Below are positions 12,822 through 26,750 of a stretch of DNA of 64,000 bases, in pieces. Under the pieces are notes generated by a model that was given only the letters and a program-made list of their open reading frames with translations, did not search any database and had not been told where the DNA came from. Within the stretch, counting starts at the first letter, position 1; the number at the start of each line of letters is the position of its first letter. This DNA comes from Callorhinchus milii (lineage: Eukaryota), in the NCBI RefSeq assembly GCF_018977255.1, contig NW_024704743.1:87856001-87920000 (forward strand). Direction: 5' to 3'. The position numbers were made by a program, and so were the translations under genes.

Positions 12822-13447
12822 CAACAACAACAACAACTTGCACTTATATAGCACCCTCCACCCAGGGTAGCATCTCAGAGTGCTTAACAGTGGCGGAGCC
12901 TGACTCCGAGCTGGGGGGAGGAGGGAGGTGGCCGGTCGTAAGCACAGTCGAACAGGAAAGTTTTCAGGCGGCTTTTTAAAGAGGGAATAGAGGGTGCAAC
13001 GTGGAGGGATTGAGGGAGAGTATTCCAGAGTTTTGGGGTGTAGCGGCTGAAAGCACGACCTCCGATGGTGGGGCGGAGGGTGCGAGGGACGGACAGTAGG
13101 CTGATGCCAGTCGGACGGAAGCGGCAGGTGGTGGACTGGGGAGTGAGGAGGTCGGAGAGGTAGGGTGGTGCCAGGGAGTGAATGGATGAACACGGGAGAG
13201 GATCTTGAAGTCGATCTGTTTGGTGATGGGGAGCCAGTGGAGTCTGGCCAGACTGATGAGATGTGGGTACGGAGTTTGGTCCGGGTCAGTATGTGAGCAG
13301 CAGAGTTTTGAATGATCTGGATCTTGTGAATGGTGGAGCTGGGGAGACTGTCGTGAAGTGTGTTTGAGTAATCCAAGCGGGAGGTGACAAAAGCATGCAC
13401 GAGGGTTTCGGCTGCATTTGGGATAAGGTACAGTTGGATGCGGACAA
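12822..13447 (-). mobile_element. L2-clade LINE 3' fragment
   Basis: HAFVTSRLDYSN...IQNSAAHILTRTK..HI is the typical L2 RT C-terminus; (TTG)n tail. Confidence 0.9.
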
Positions 13448-13874
13448 TTGCAGTCGTTTTCAGTTTATATTTGCTTTGGTCTAATGTCCGATAGTTTAAA
13501 AATTAACCCGTTAAATTAAGTTGAATTCAGTGTATGTGACTGCTATATTTGTTTTCTTTCTCAGATAGGTGTGTGTTTGTGAGAGAGAAGTAGATACCAA
13601 TATGCTAATAAGAATCTTTTCCAAAATCACAATTTGATTGCTAACATAACTCTTGCCTCCCTTGGATTAGAATCTTAAAGGAAGGTCGAATGATGAGTGT
13701 TATTTTTAAAATCTGATCAGCTGATTTGAACACCAGGATAGGTCACTAACTTTCTGAAAATTAAGGATGGGAATCATAAAGGTACCATGCTTCTAGGAGA
13801 GGTAATCAAAAAGATGGGGTTTCAATAACAAGTAACTGTGAGCCTGTGAAAATGTTACCTTTTAATGCACATGT

Positions 13875-14303
13875 CAGCATGACTTAGTTGGCAGTACTCC
13901 TGTTTCTCAGTTAGAAAGTTGTGGATTCAAGCACCGTATCAGGACTTTGAACTAATAGTCAAGGTTAGCACTCCAGTGCAGGCCTGAAGCGCTGCATTAC
14001 CAGAGGTGCTGTTCTTTCGCTGAGATGGTTAAACTGAGGTCTTGTCTGCCTGTTCAGGTGGACGTTAAAGATCCTGTGGCACTATTCGAAAAATAAAGGG
14101 AGTTTCTACTCGTGTCCTGGACAACAATCCCCCAAATAAAATTGGTCATTCACTTCATGGCTGTTTGTAGAATATTGTTATGTGCAGATTGGCTGCCACT
14201 TTCGTCTACAATATAGTCGTCCACTTTACAGTAAATCCTGTGAAGCACTTTGAGGTGCTTCAATGATGTGATGAGGTGCTATGTGAAATGCAAGGATTAT
14301 TAT
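13875..14303 (+). mobile_element. Older Deu-domain SINE (SacSINE1/AmnSINE1-like core) with tRNA-like head and L2-like tail
   Basis: Core GTGGACGTTAAAGATCCTGTGGCACTATTCGAA...GTGTCCTGG resembles the Deu domain as I recall it. Degenerate A and B boxes are present. Confidence 0.7.
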
Positions 14304-17300
14304 TTTTTATATGAATACCCAGCAGAAAAAAAATAGGTTTTGCCTTTCTAGCGTATGATTGAAGAGAGCATTTGAGCTGCTGTATTTGATAGTCGGACTA
14401 AATCAAGATGACGGCAGTGATGAAAACAATTTGAAGTCATGAATTAAGAGTATCACATAGCCACAAGACTAACATTAATGCATGTTGTGTGCCCCAAGCT
14501 CACACTCTGCGTTGAGGTAACTTGATTTCAGTTGGGATGTCACTGCGGGCGGCTTGTGGGTTATAGAAGGGAAATCAAACAAGATTCCTGACCATTAACC
14601 AGCAAGTCTGTCTGAGGTGTGTGGATGTCTGTCTGGGGCTGGAAGTGGCTCAGCTATGATGCCCAGCCACCCACAAGGCTAATAGCTTGTCAAGGCTCAC
14701 AGATCAATAATAGCAACTTGAGTGAGGTATTGGAGGACAGCCAATTTTACAAACATCCATGAGTGAATGCCCAATTTATTTGGAGAATTGTTCAGGACAC
14801 CAGGTTAACCTCTTGTCTTTTTGAATAGTTTCATATGATTTTTAACCTCCTGAGCAACAGGTAGATGGTCGCTTTAGTTTACCTCTCATGTGAAGGATAG
14901 TCGGTGCTTTCTGACAATGCAGCCCTCCCCCAGTATGTCAGTGGAATGTGAGCTCACGTCCTGATGTGGGGTTTGAGCCTACCTTCTTCTGATACAAAAT
15001 CCTGAACCAACAGCAATTGGTGTCACATCACTGGTACACTTATCCTGCACTATTTATGCTGATCTTACACTGAACTTCTGAGGTGCACATTCACTTATGC
15101 AATTGTTGTCTCGCCCCATGGAAGCGTAGCTCAACATGACTTTAATTCAAGCAGCATTTTAACATATATTATTCCCAATACAAGGCCTGCTTCCCACCCC
15201 CACTTAAGTTGAGTTTCAAAATGATTATTCATCTTATATTTGTGGACCTACCAAAAGAGTAGATTACTTGACCTGGGTTACAAGATACTGGTTTGAAAAG
15301 AACTGTTATGTGAGAATTGAGAAATTGTATGCATATGATCTCAGTTGCTAGGGGCACAATTTTCTACTCGGTACATGTCAATCACATGCCTACTAACGTG
15401 CAGACAAATGGAGAGAGAGAGAAAGTCATAGAGAGAAATAAAAAGAGATGAGAACGAAAGTCAGAGAGAGAAGAGCAGGTGTAATGTGATGTCATGATGC
15501 ACAATCTAAATTGCCAGTATTTTAGAATTTATCAATATTTTTAAGGGAAGTTTAATGTACCGTATTATTGTTCTAAAATTATAGAAACAAGTTTTTTTTT
15601 GACTTGTATATTTACTATATTGCACTTTATTTTGTTTTAATCAAAACCATGAAAATCGCAGGGTAGTGTCCTTGTATTCAAAACAGCACATTAGTTGTAT
15701 TAAATTTGAGTTGAAAATAGTTTTGAAATAAAATATGGTGTTACACAACTTCTATATCTGGGCAGAGAGATGGGTGGGGTAACAGAGAAAGAGAAAAACC
15801 TTTTCGAAAAACTTTAATGTAGACTGCCTGAACGATGCAACCGATTCCCACAGAGGTTGATGAAATATTTTGTTTGTATTTGAACCTTTTCAGTCAAGGT
15901 TAAATTAATGTTCAAATACCTGTTGCCCTCGTAATGTTGCAAAAGTCGATATATTTTGTACATATATATAGTGCTGTGGGTTTCTTCCTAGCATGTTTCA
16001 GCAATCTTAAGAATATCAATGTATTTGGTCTTCTGGGGTCTCATGTAGTCTGTGTAGAAGTACAGTGGGTGATGAGCTACGTCCCAAAGGAATATGTTTT
16101 TGATAACAACCTTCATTTCAAACATACTAATATAGATCTGTTATTCCCCTTCCACATCTTCAGCAACACATTTTAAATTGCGCTTGATGCTTTATGCAAA
16201 TGGCTAACTGATTAGACACCACGGCAGCGTCTGCTGATGTCTCCCAGGATTTCTTCAGAGTTTGTTAACTAACCATCAAAGCAGAGTGGGTGAATGGAAA
16301 TTACTGTGTAGCTTTGAAGGAGGAAAGCAGGCTCACCTCTTTTAATTAGGCTTAATTAGAAATGTACATTAGACCACAGCATACCTTGTTATTTTATAAG
16401 TATTGCAAAGTGTAAGGATTTATGATTAATCTTGTAATCTCTATTTACTGTGCCAAAATGTTCATATTTTGCTAACTGGCCTTCAAACTGTTTAGCTAGC
16501 TTCTGTCACCTCAAACAGAATTTTAGGATACGTAAGTAAATGCATCAATCATAGGTCCAAGTAGGTGAACCTTACACTGTATCAGCATTGGTCAGACCAC
16601 ACAGGATTGTGATCAGCTTGGTAAATGTACTTGCAAAAATCGGGCCATTGGAATGTATCTTAAGAAGGTAATAGCGAGTCTCTTGGGATTCAGATCTGAA
16701 GGGTTGAAGATTTGGTACGATGGGGGAAGAGGTGACAAGTGGGGAGGGAATGGAAAATAATCCCATATTTGTTAAATTGTGAAGAGATTGTGAAGGTGGC
16801 GGATGTGGAGAGGTAATTGTGTGGAACCAACAGAAGAGAACGAGGAAATATGATTTTAAATTAAGGCAACCTCCAGTTTAATATAAATCAAGGAAAATTT
16901 AGAGTTAACTTGTGGATTCCCACCGAGCACACTGAATGTAAGCTTAGAGCGTTAATAAAAAAAAAGCCATTCCATTACTGATTGAACAGTGAATGAAGAG
17001 TAGAGGCTTGTTGCTAAGGCAGGAATTAAAATGGTTGGAGGCAGGTTATCAGAATGTAACAGTGGAGAAGATTATATAATAATAATCCTTGCATTTGATA
17101 TAACACCTGATCATGTCGTCAAAATGTCTCAAAGCATTTCACAGGATACATTGTAGAATCCAGTGACCCGTGTATTTTGTAGGCGAATAAATTGATAATC
17201 TATATGTGTCTGCATTTCAGCTGTAATGCTACATTTCTGATTAATTATAATATTGTGGGCTTTTTTCATGTGGAAGGTGTCATTTTGAACACGTAATATT

Positions 17301-17799
17301 TGCATTGCACTTGGATGATGGTCATGGGAAATGTCATTGTGGTTCTTGTTGTGGTTTTTCTACTCACTGAATGAAAGCTGACAGCATTTTGGCTGACCCA
17401 GATCATCCATTCATGTTAAATATTAAATGTGTGCCTGTTACTGGCAGGCTGACAGACCAACATGTAGGCATGAAAGGAGAATGCCTACTGTGCAGAAAGA
17501 AAGAATAATGTAGACTGCTATCCATGAACAATTTAGGCAGTAGCACAGTGGATTAATTCCTCTGTGGAGTCCCTTCATTCTCATTGCCTATTCTCTAGTC
17601 ACCAATAAATCTATGGTTGTCTGCACCACTTTTAGGGTCTAGAGCAGCCAAAGGGGCTCAGAATTTGAGAAACGAACATTCAGAACTATTCTTGTTTTTA
17701 AAATCTTCATGCACCTTTTATATATCAGGACTTTGAACACACTGACTCAGCTGACAGTCCAATACAGTGCTGGAGAACACTGCACCTGAAAAAAGCTTT

Positions 17800-18090
17800 G
17801 CGTTTTAGCATCTTATCACATCCTTAGAACATCTCAAAGTTCTTCACAGCACTTACTGTAAAGTGGAGAGATTCTGTATTTTGTAGGTGAATGTGGCAGC
17901 CAATTTGCACACAGCAATGTCCCACAAACAGCTATAAAGTGAGTGATTAATTTTAATTGGGAGATTGTTGACCACGACACAGGGAAAAATTCCCTTCTCT
18001 CTTCAAAGAGTCCCATTAGATCTTTAAAGTCCACCTGAACAAGCAGACAGGACCTCAGTTTAATGTCTCATCCTAAGGACAGCACCTTTG
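17800..18090 (-). mobile_element. Deu-domain SINE fragment
   Basis: Reverse complement of the core (gatctttaaagtccacctgaaca). Confidence 0.7.
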
Positions 18091-19876
18091 GTGTCAAAGG
18101 AGTCTTAACATAATCAATATCTTCTAGAAGGGAGAAGGGGAGAAAATTGAGGGGAAGATATATATATTTTTTAAAAAAGCATAGCATGAGCTAACGAAGT
18201 AAAACCAAATTATGGAAAATTAGGTCAGAGATCATTGATGCCTTGAAAATGCTGACCAAGCATAAAACAATAAATTGGGCTAAAAAATAAATGTGCACCA
18301 AAACGAGTTATTCATTCCTGTGGGCTTGTCAGTATTGGTTTGCCACACGTACATAGCCATTGCCAGTTCTGTGATGTTATTGATTTGATAGTAAGAGACC
18401 ATCCATAATTGTCATCTTTTGCTGCGCATGAGTTCTCTTTTACTGATTCTTTGTCCCAAAAGAGTACTGTTCACACAATAGTCCCAGATTGTCCAATTTA
18501 AAGGTGGTTTCTTATACAAAATTATATTGAGCAAAATGAAAAGCTTCCCTTATGTATAATCCTGGGGATCATGAAATTGTGATTAACTGTGATTAAAAGT
18601 TCTGGACATTTATAAGTTCACCTAGCAGTCTTATTGTTTTCAAAAAATCATTAAGTTTAGGTATCTTATCACTGAAAATTTCAGCAAAATTTTATCTCTG
18701 TAAAAATTCCACAACTTGTTACTGACTTCCTTTGTAAAATACATTGAAGCATGCATATTGTTTTACTCACGTTACGCTGTTATGCTGCGGCAGTACAATA
18801 CTCAGATTGCTTTGGGCGCTGTGCTGAAATTGACAAAACTCACCTCTCATTGTCCTTACAGTATCTTCTGTTGTGTCCTTTCACTTTTGCCTGATTTAAA
18901 ATGTTAATGCCTCTATATTTAAATGGAATCAAATTGGAACTTTTTCCCACCTGGTTCGATTTATTATGGTTACTGTAAAATAAATATTAAGGCAAATGTG
19001 TCTTTAAGTATTCTACAATACAATAACGTTTTACCTAATTTCTCTACGAATTGGAATCTCCATTGCGAGCGCTGGTGCTCAGGCTCTTTATTGGTGAACT
19101 CTATTTTCATTCTTGTTAAATTGTAACGCAGTAACAATACATTGATGTATTGTGTATTCTCAAGCTCTCATGTTCTATAGAAATTTCACAATATGCTAGA
19201 GGGTGTCCAGAGAATACACATAGGTAAGTACCTCTAACTAACCTTATTTATAAGTGATTATAAATCATTAATCCACTCAAGAGAGGGAAACTTTTTCAAG
19301 AGTCAGCAAGTTAAATATTTATATTAACTATTGCATTGCTTATATCATTGTTTCTTTTTTAAATGTTCCCTGAAGTGAATTGTTCCTATTGATCATTTAT
19401 TGCTTAGGTTCTTGGGTACATAATATGCACTCCAACTCTGTGGGAGCCAACAAGCCGCTAATCGCTAAAATAGCAATCTTTCAGCATTAGTTTATAATAG
19501 GAAATCTCATAACAAACAACTGAGAGTTCCCTGTTCGGCAATTCATGTGTGATAAAACCCTTTATATCTCTTTGATCATACCTATGGTCATCTCCTTCTC
19601 TTCTCCCTCACTTAGTGCTATTATGCAGATACTATTCTGTGTGAACAACAGCAACTTGCATTTATATAGATCCATTTATATAGTGAAGGGAACTCTCTAA
19701 ATGCAAATTATTTTTTTATAGCCTGTTATATGTATGTCAGCTTTTATAAATTATTTTTTTCGGGAATGCAATGTCATGTCCAGGGTTGTCAGAGAGGAAT
19801 TAAAATAATTGTTGGAATGTAATGCAACTATATATTTTTTATTTTTAGATGAGCTGTTGATAAAGATTGAAAAAAA

Positions 19877-19937
19877 ATGGGAAGGAAAGATGCTGGTACC
19901 TCTAAAGTCCCAATTGATCAGTACCGGAAACAAATAG
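19877..19937 (+). CDS. TRIQK: TRIQK coding exon 1 (MGRKDAGTSKVPIDQYRKQI + first base of Gly); exon begins at 19849
   Basis: Acceptor tttttag ends at 19848. ATG at 19877 is in a strong context (AAAATGG). Donor G|GTAAAT at 19938. The peptide matches the TRIQK N-terminus as I recall it (MGRKDA..K.P.DQYRKQIG). Confidence 0.96.
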
Positions 19938-20964
19938 GTAAATAAAGTACAAATTCTTACAGATTTAAGAGTTACAAGTTTTAGATAACATTGGAGGGCA
20001 TTAGAGATGTACTTTAAATATATTTTTTATCATATATTGTGAAATAATTGTGCTTCCTTTTGTTCAAGGAGTACTCCAGGTCTCTCTCTTGAGAGTCTTT
20101 TACTGAAAATAACACATAGTCAGGTGTCTATTTGCCACACGTGTAAAACATGTTTTTTTTTGGTCAGCTGGGTATCTGACAAGCGGTCTGCATGTTTAAG
20201 AGTATCCATTTTAATTTAAATGTTCAATTTTTTCAATCCTATTTATATGGAGGGAAAACGACAGTGTGTGTCATATGCTCACACATGTAGAGAGGAAGTT
20301 ACAGGTACTTTTTAACAACCAATTAAAAAACATTTATTAATTTTGTAAGTAATAACAAATTATTTTCATTACGCCTTTCATTCCCTTAGTTCACACGATT
20401 TGCATACAGAATGTAAAAATTCTACAGCAGGTAAAACAAGTTTGTATAACAAATGCTAACCATGTAGTCACTAGGCGCTTGTTTGGAGTTGCAATCTTCA
20501 CGTTTGTAATAATAATAATCATCCTTGTTTTTGATATAGTGCTTTATCATGTCGTCGAGATGTCTCTTAAAGAGCCTCATAGGATTTTACTGTAAATTTA
20601 GTGATAGTGTAGGCAAACACAGCAGCCAGTGTGCATATAGCAATATCCCACAAACAACCATGAAATAAATGACCAGTTTTACCTAGTTAGCCTTAAAAGT
20701 GAAGAATATGTGGGCCCTGATTGAGCATCCCAACCACTGATATTTATCTATCATCAAAGAAGGATTGAAAAATACTCTCATGGAGATAATTAAATGGACA
20801 CATGAGAGCTTGAATTTGTCGTAATCAAAAATGCTCTGAGATGGTGTATGGGTTTTTGTGGAGGACAAACCTGAAGCCTCAGGATTATCTGCATTGTATA
20901 GGATGACCAATAAGTTGTGATTACAATGCCTAATAAGTCTTAAATGTCGTTTTCAAATCACATC

Positions 20965-21313
20965 ATTCCCTCGCACCTTCCTACCTATCCGACCTGCTTA
21001 CCCTTCACTTCACCACCGGCTGCCTCTGCTCAGCTGGCTCCAGCCTCGTAATTATTCCTCATGCCCTCCACGCCACCATGGTGGCTGTGCCTTCAGCCAT
21101 TGCACCCCCAAAATTTGGAAATCTCTCCCTCGATCCCTCCCCCTTGCCCCTTCCCTCCCACCTTCAAATCCCGCATAAAGATCTTCCTTTTTGATCGTGC
21201 TTACGGTCACCTCTTGCGTCCCTCTCCCCCTAGCTTGTTGTCAGACTCTGCCACTGTGAAGGGCTCTGGGATGCTACCCTGCATGAAGGGCGCTCTATAA
21301 ATGCAAGTTGTGT
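20965..21313 (+). mobile_element. L2 3' fragment
   Basis: Homologous to the 3' part of the other L2 copies; ends ...gcgctctataaatgcaagttgtg. Confidence 0.8.
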
Positions 21314-24300
21314 TAAAAGAAATTATGATTTATTTTAGATAATAGGTTAGATATAACAACTCTTTGGTCACCCCGTAGGTCTAGAAGTTGGATTCTCTCC
21401 CCCAGTATCCGTGACATGTGCTGTCTTGAAGCTCCGTGCTTGTTCCCTGTTGGCTCCTATATTTTCATTTCTAAGCGTGGTTCAGTTTTTACACGCATTC
21501 ACTCATCTCGATAATTACAGTTCAAAGCGTTCGAAAATAACCATACATTATGTTATAATGTGGTAGATTTAAGGTGGCGGCTAAAACATGAAATAAAGGA
21601 CTGAATTTGTGGTTCAAGTCCTGCGTGTTGTTCTGGATTCCAGTGCAGGTTTTTGGTTAGTTGGATGGGAATGTGGAATGTCAACAAAGGCAGCAGGTGC
21701 ATACAGCAGTGCTAGACAGTTGTGTTGCTTTAGCTGCATGGCTGCATTTTTACATCCTCTCCAGATGTTTGTTTGAGAGGTAACTCTTTGCTAGCCAAGC
21801 ACCGTATTGATATCTTTCAACTACGTGCATACGTCTATCCTTACGGTGATAGTAACAGACATGGAACACAACATATGATGATTGTAGCTATGAGGATATA
21901 AGAAATTTGAGGAACAAGAGAAGATGAAAGGATACATCACTGATTGATTGATTGACCTCAATGCCCATCAAGCTGCTTTCTACCCATAGTCCCAGGTCTC
22001 TTCTCTCCAGAATCATATCTCGAACCCATTTATACAATTCATTTCAACGATCTTCGCTGGCAACTCATTCCAAGAATCAATTATCCTTTGGAGAATATAA
22101 CTTCTATCTGAATTCCCTTTTTTTTGCTCCCAACTTACCAATTTTTAACTTGTGCGTTCCCTGGTATTTGAACTCTTTGACATACAGAAAAAGTTCCTCT
22201 CAGCAACACTTGTCAATTTTAACTCATCGTAAAGTTTAGCTTCCAATGACATTATGGGTAATGTCCTTAGCAGATCCTGCTAACCTGTGTTCCTAGTGGG
22301 CAGAATCTACTGGATTGGGCACTTGTCTCTCTTTAGAGGCAGTGATATCCTCCCATGATTCAGTGACCAAGACTTCACCTGGTTAAATGTACTAGCTAAA
22401 TGAAACATTTGGATAGAGTATTGGGTGGTCGCTGCTGAGCACAGTGCCTCTTAGTTGCAAACGGAAAAATGAAATGAAGACCTTTCCTAAGCCTCTCTCC
22501 CAGTCTTCTGAGCAGCCAGTCTGAAAGCGGCATTGGTGGGCGAGGTGAGAGATCTGACCACTACTCCGAATTGCCCACAGAATACACAATCACTACATTT
22601 TACAATAAATAGATTCACAATAAATCCTATGAAGTACTTTGAGATGTCTTTATGATGTGATAAGGCACTATATCAAACCCAAGGATTATTACTACTATAG
22701 ATACAATTGGTCTTTCCTTTCAATGCTGTTTGTGGGACATTGCTGGTGTAAATTGGTTTCCCCATTTGCCTACAAAATACAAAGGCACTACACTTTACAG
22801 TGATTTTTGAGAAGTGCTTTGAGATATTCTTCACCTATGAACTGCAAGAATTATTATTCATAATAACTATGCATACATCATATAGCAAAGCATGGCAACA
22901 GATCCCTGATATAAGAAACTTACTGACAAAACAGGAAGTATCATGCACAGAGTTTTTAACAACAGCTGGGTTATATGAAGTGTTGAGCTGTACACTGATC
23001 AGCAACACAAACTTAGGGTTCAGAAATCTTAATGAAATGCATCAAAAGTTTATTGCCTCTTACAAAGCACTTGGATTGGCATAGCTTTGTTACAAATTCC
23101 AAATTACCTGTTTATTTGTTTGGATTCATAACAGGGATATTGTTAGTCTCTTTTCTTTCTCAGTTTGCAGGAGCCGTGCTTGTTATAACTGGTCCGTTAA
23201 ATTAACGCCATGCAATGCACTATACACAAAATCGAGGAAATGCAAAATTTGCTTATGTGCAAATGGACCTGCTTTTTTTTTACTTTTACCTTTTTTCTTT
23301 GTGACTGTGTAAAGTCTTTCTGTTTGCTCTTCATTTCCCTGGGCTCCTTAAACATTGAATTTCCTTTATCTGAGCAATGGGGGAAGATGACCTGTTTCAA
23401 AATCTCTGCAATGCAGAGACTGAGCTGACAACCACTAGTTTGAGAATGGTTTGAAGACGTCACTCCCTTTGATTATGCTCTCCCCAAGCACAGAAGTACC
23501 TCACTTGTGCCGGTTGCTTCTCCAGAGCAGCTTGTCTCTGAAGTGCTGTTTGGGATTGAATTTACATTTTACTGTTGTCTCAGTACTCCAGCCCCGTCTC
23601 ATGATTTTTACTGTTAATTTATGCTTACTGTTAGTTGTACCACTGTCTACCTACGGTTCCATCTGTGCAAAATTGTGTTTGAAAGTCAACGAAAGTTTGT
23701 GCAAACATCTGGCACTATTTTGCTCTTGGTATGAGGTGTGAACGACACTATAGTATTAACTTCTGATTTATAATCCTTCTGTTATCCACCTCCTGGAACA
23801 AAACGTGATTTTCTGCCACTTCCTTTTTCAGAAGTCTACGTGTAGGACTCGTATAGGTCACATTACATCCTTCAAAATATCAGATGACAAAGAGTATGTT
23901 ACAAGTCCTTAAGCTACTCAAGGAATAATATGCTATGCTGAACAGTTCAGAAACGCTGTCCAAACTCTTGATACTATGTTACAGCCTCAAAAGAATATTG
24001 AATGTAAATAAACTGAAAATCATCTAAATGTTCCTGTTACAGGAAACCAGAGCGAAATTTAAAATAAAATTGACTTGTTCCAAAAAGTTTCAAAGAGTGC
24101 TTTAGTTGCAGCACATTTGCAATAAACAGATGTTAGAACCTTCTTGTAGGCATTTAGGTCAGGGTGGGGAACAGAACCGCTGGCAGAAATTTGCAGCTTT
24201 GAATAAAAACTTGGCGGTCGCCGAATTGAAGTAAGAGGCCTTAATACGTGGTGGTGTTATGGTGAGAAGAAATATCTTCACAGAATAGAGCATGTGAATA

Positions 24301-26354
24301 GAGTAGCAGCTGGATTGGAGTTTGTTCAGAACTGTAACCCAATCTGTGAGTTCACATGATGCCATAACCTCAAGAATAAAGCTCTTGTGGGTTTTAGATT
24401 TGTCTGAAACCACACATTGTGTTACAGCTGTGTAAGGCTACCCGACTAAACTTTTTTTTGGTAATCTACACAGAGTTATTGTACTTTATCACAACTTTTT
24501 CTTTCAGCAAAATCCTCTCCTGGTCAAATGAATATTCTGGCCTTGGTCCTAATAACTTAATTCCTTCTAAAAATCTGAATGGAAAAGCACAGAAGCAGTA
24601 TAAAATCAAAAAAAATCATTATTCGCAATGGAAAAGTTTGTTATGGTCTTCGAAGCTGAGAGTTTGTGTAATGGCCTGTTTCAAAACCCATTTTACATCC
24701 GGGAGAGTTTGTTCAGGAGGAGATGTGATACCAACTGCACAAGTCATTGTAATGTGTTTTTCACAACACTGCTTTTATATCTTAAATAATTCGCTGCAGA
24801 TGCATTGGATAATTACTCATGTATTTAAACACCTGCTAAAATAATATCCCAATCATTTCACCAGGAATGAAAACACCCCTTTAAATGACCTTAGTTACTG
24901 ACCTCAGTATGTGTGTGTGTGAGTGAGTTTGAGAGAAAAGCAAGTCTTAAGCCTTATCGAGCAGCAGATGAGCTAACTCGTCTGTGCATGATCATGCTCC
25001 AGGGGCTGATACAATTCCACTTGCCTTTTGCCAGGGGTTTCCTAATTTGCAACTCACATTTCTTTAATCTGTGGTCCAGATTTAGCACAGAGAATGTCTT
25101 AGCATTAATTTACTCTATATACTTTAACATATTTTAAATACATTTGCCTTGCAACCATAGTCCGATGCACCACTGTTGCTTTCCTCTGTAGCGTTTCAGA
25201 CACCTCAATGGCCTTTTGAGGTAGAGGAGCTGGAAACTTTTTACAACCTATGTTGTGTCCAATTTCCTGCCGTACCTGTATTACTTTCCCGCTCCATACT
25301 CTAGCTTTATTTAATAAAACTACAGTACTCACAGTGTGGAGATGTTCCTATGAACCATCTGTCATCATAAACATTTACTCTTACTGTACTTTACTGATAG
25401 ATTAGATGTCTTTGCATGGAATCATTACAGTAAGTGAGCAAAAGAACAGTTATAGTAATAATAATCCTTGCATTTGATATAGTGCCTTATCACATCTTCG
25501 AGACATCTCAAAGCGCTTCACAGAATATACTGTAAAGTGAATACCGTATATTTTGTACAGTTAAGTACAAATATATACAATTTTATCAGTTCATCAAATT
25601 AATTCATCAAAGTACAGATCAGTAGTACAGATCAGTAGTGCCAGTTTTCTGTACAGAAAGATATTGGAGCAACATCAAAAGGAATCCACAGAATATTCTG
25701 ATGAAAAGATAGAAGTGAAAGAACATGTAAAATCTGCACAAGGAGACAAAATTACTGAACAGAGTATTCTCCTGTGTAGAATTCATAGAAATAGTTTATT
25801 TTCCAATAGGCAATGTTTTTATTGCAGACCAAATAGGATTGATCCCTTAATAAAGATATTAATGGTGCAGCAGAACTTTGAAATTCACAATACTCTAAGT
25901 TTCTAAATGAAAGAGTCAGCACCAAGGTGCTACAAAGAATGGTGAGTTTTAGTGATGAAGAGAAACTTGGAAATTTTAGGTATTTTTGGTTTACTTATCT
26001 AACACGGGACAGATTTAGATGAAGAATGACGTTCAACCTATCTGATCTCATCCATCCAGAAATGCTACCTGACTACCATCCTATTGCAACATCAAGCTGT
26101 TTTTATAAAGCAGTCCAGATTCCTGCCCTCAACCACCTTGTCTAGGTGTGACCTGACCAAAACACCATACAGTTTGATTATGACCTTTAGAGATCTAAAT
26201 TCAACTGAAAGTCTAGATATATTAATTCATATGGCTTCTTTCCCACAATCAATTAAGGATACCACCTCCTCAAAAAAAAGTCTGAGTTGGACAGACAAGA
26301 CCTTCTAAATCTGTGATATCAGACATTTATTCAGCTAGTCATTCATTTTCCCAT

Positions 26355-26750
26355 TCAGAAGGTTAAGAATGACTTAATAGAAGTCTTCAAAATTATGAAG
26401 GATTATGATTGGAGTGGGGGGGGGAAATAGTAATAATTTATTTCTACTGTTGTGGGCAAATCAATGAGATGGGACAAATTTATGATAATCACAAAAAGAA
26501 TTAGAGAGAATGTTAGACTTCTTCATGCAAATACTGGTTGGAATGTGCACAAACTGTTATGGCAGAATCGATATATTATTTTAAAATGGAATTAAATAAA
26601 TGCGTAAAGAATAACAAAATTAAACCTTATGTGGCTCGCAAGCAGCAGAGTAGATTTAGATTTGGTGCCTCATGTGGAGAAAAAACAGTACTGGAGATAT
26701 GACGGGTCTAATGGACATATTCTGTTCTGTAACATTCTATGATTCTATTC
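26355..26750 (+). mobile_element. Degenerate CR1 3' end
   Basis: agaaggttaagaatgacttaatagaagtcttcaaaattatgaag and tail attctatgattcta. Confidence 0.65.

Noticed and set aside
12732..13400. 222-aa ORF (also 55156-55779 and 34387-34782)
   Set aside because: L2 and CR1 fragments, truncated and frameshifted.
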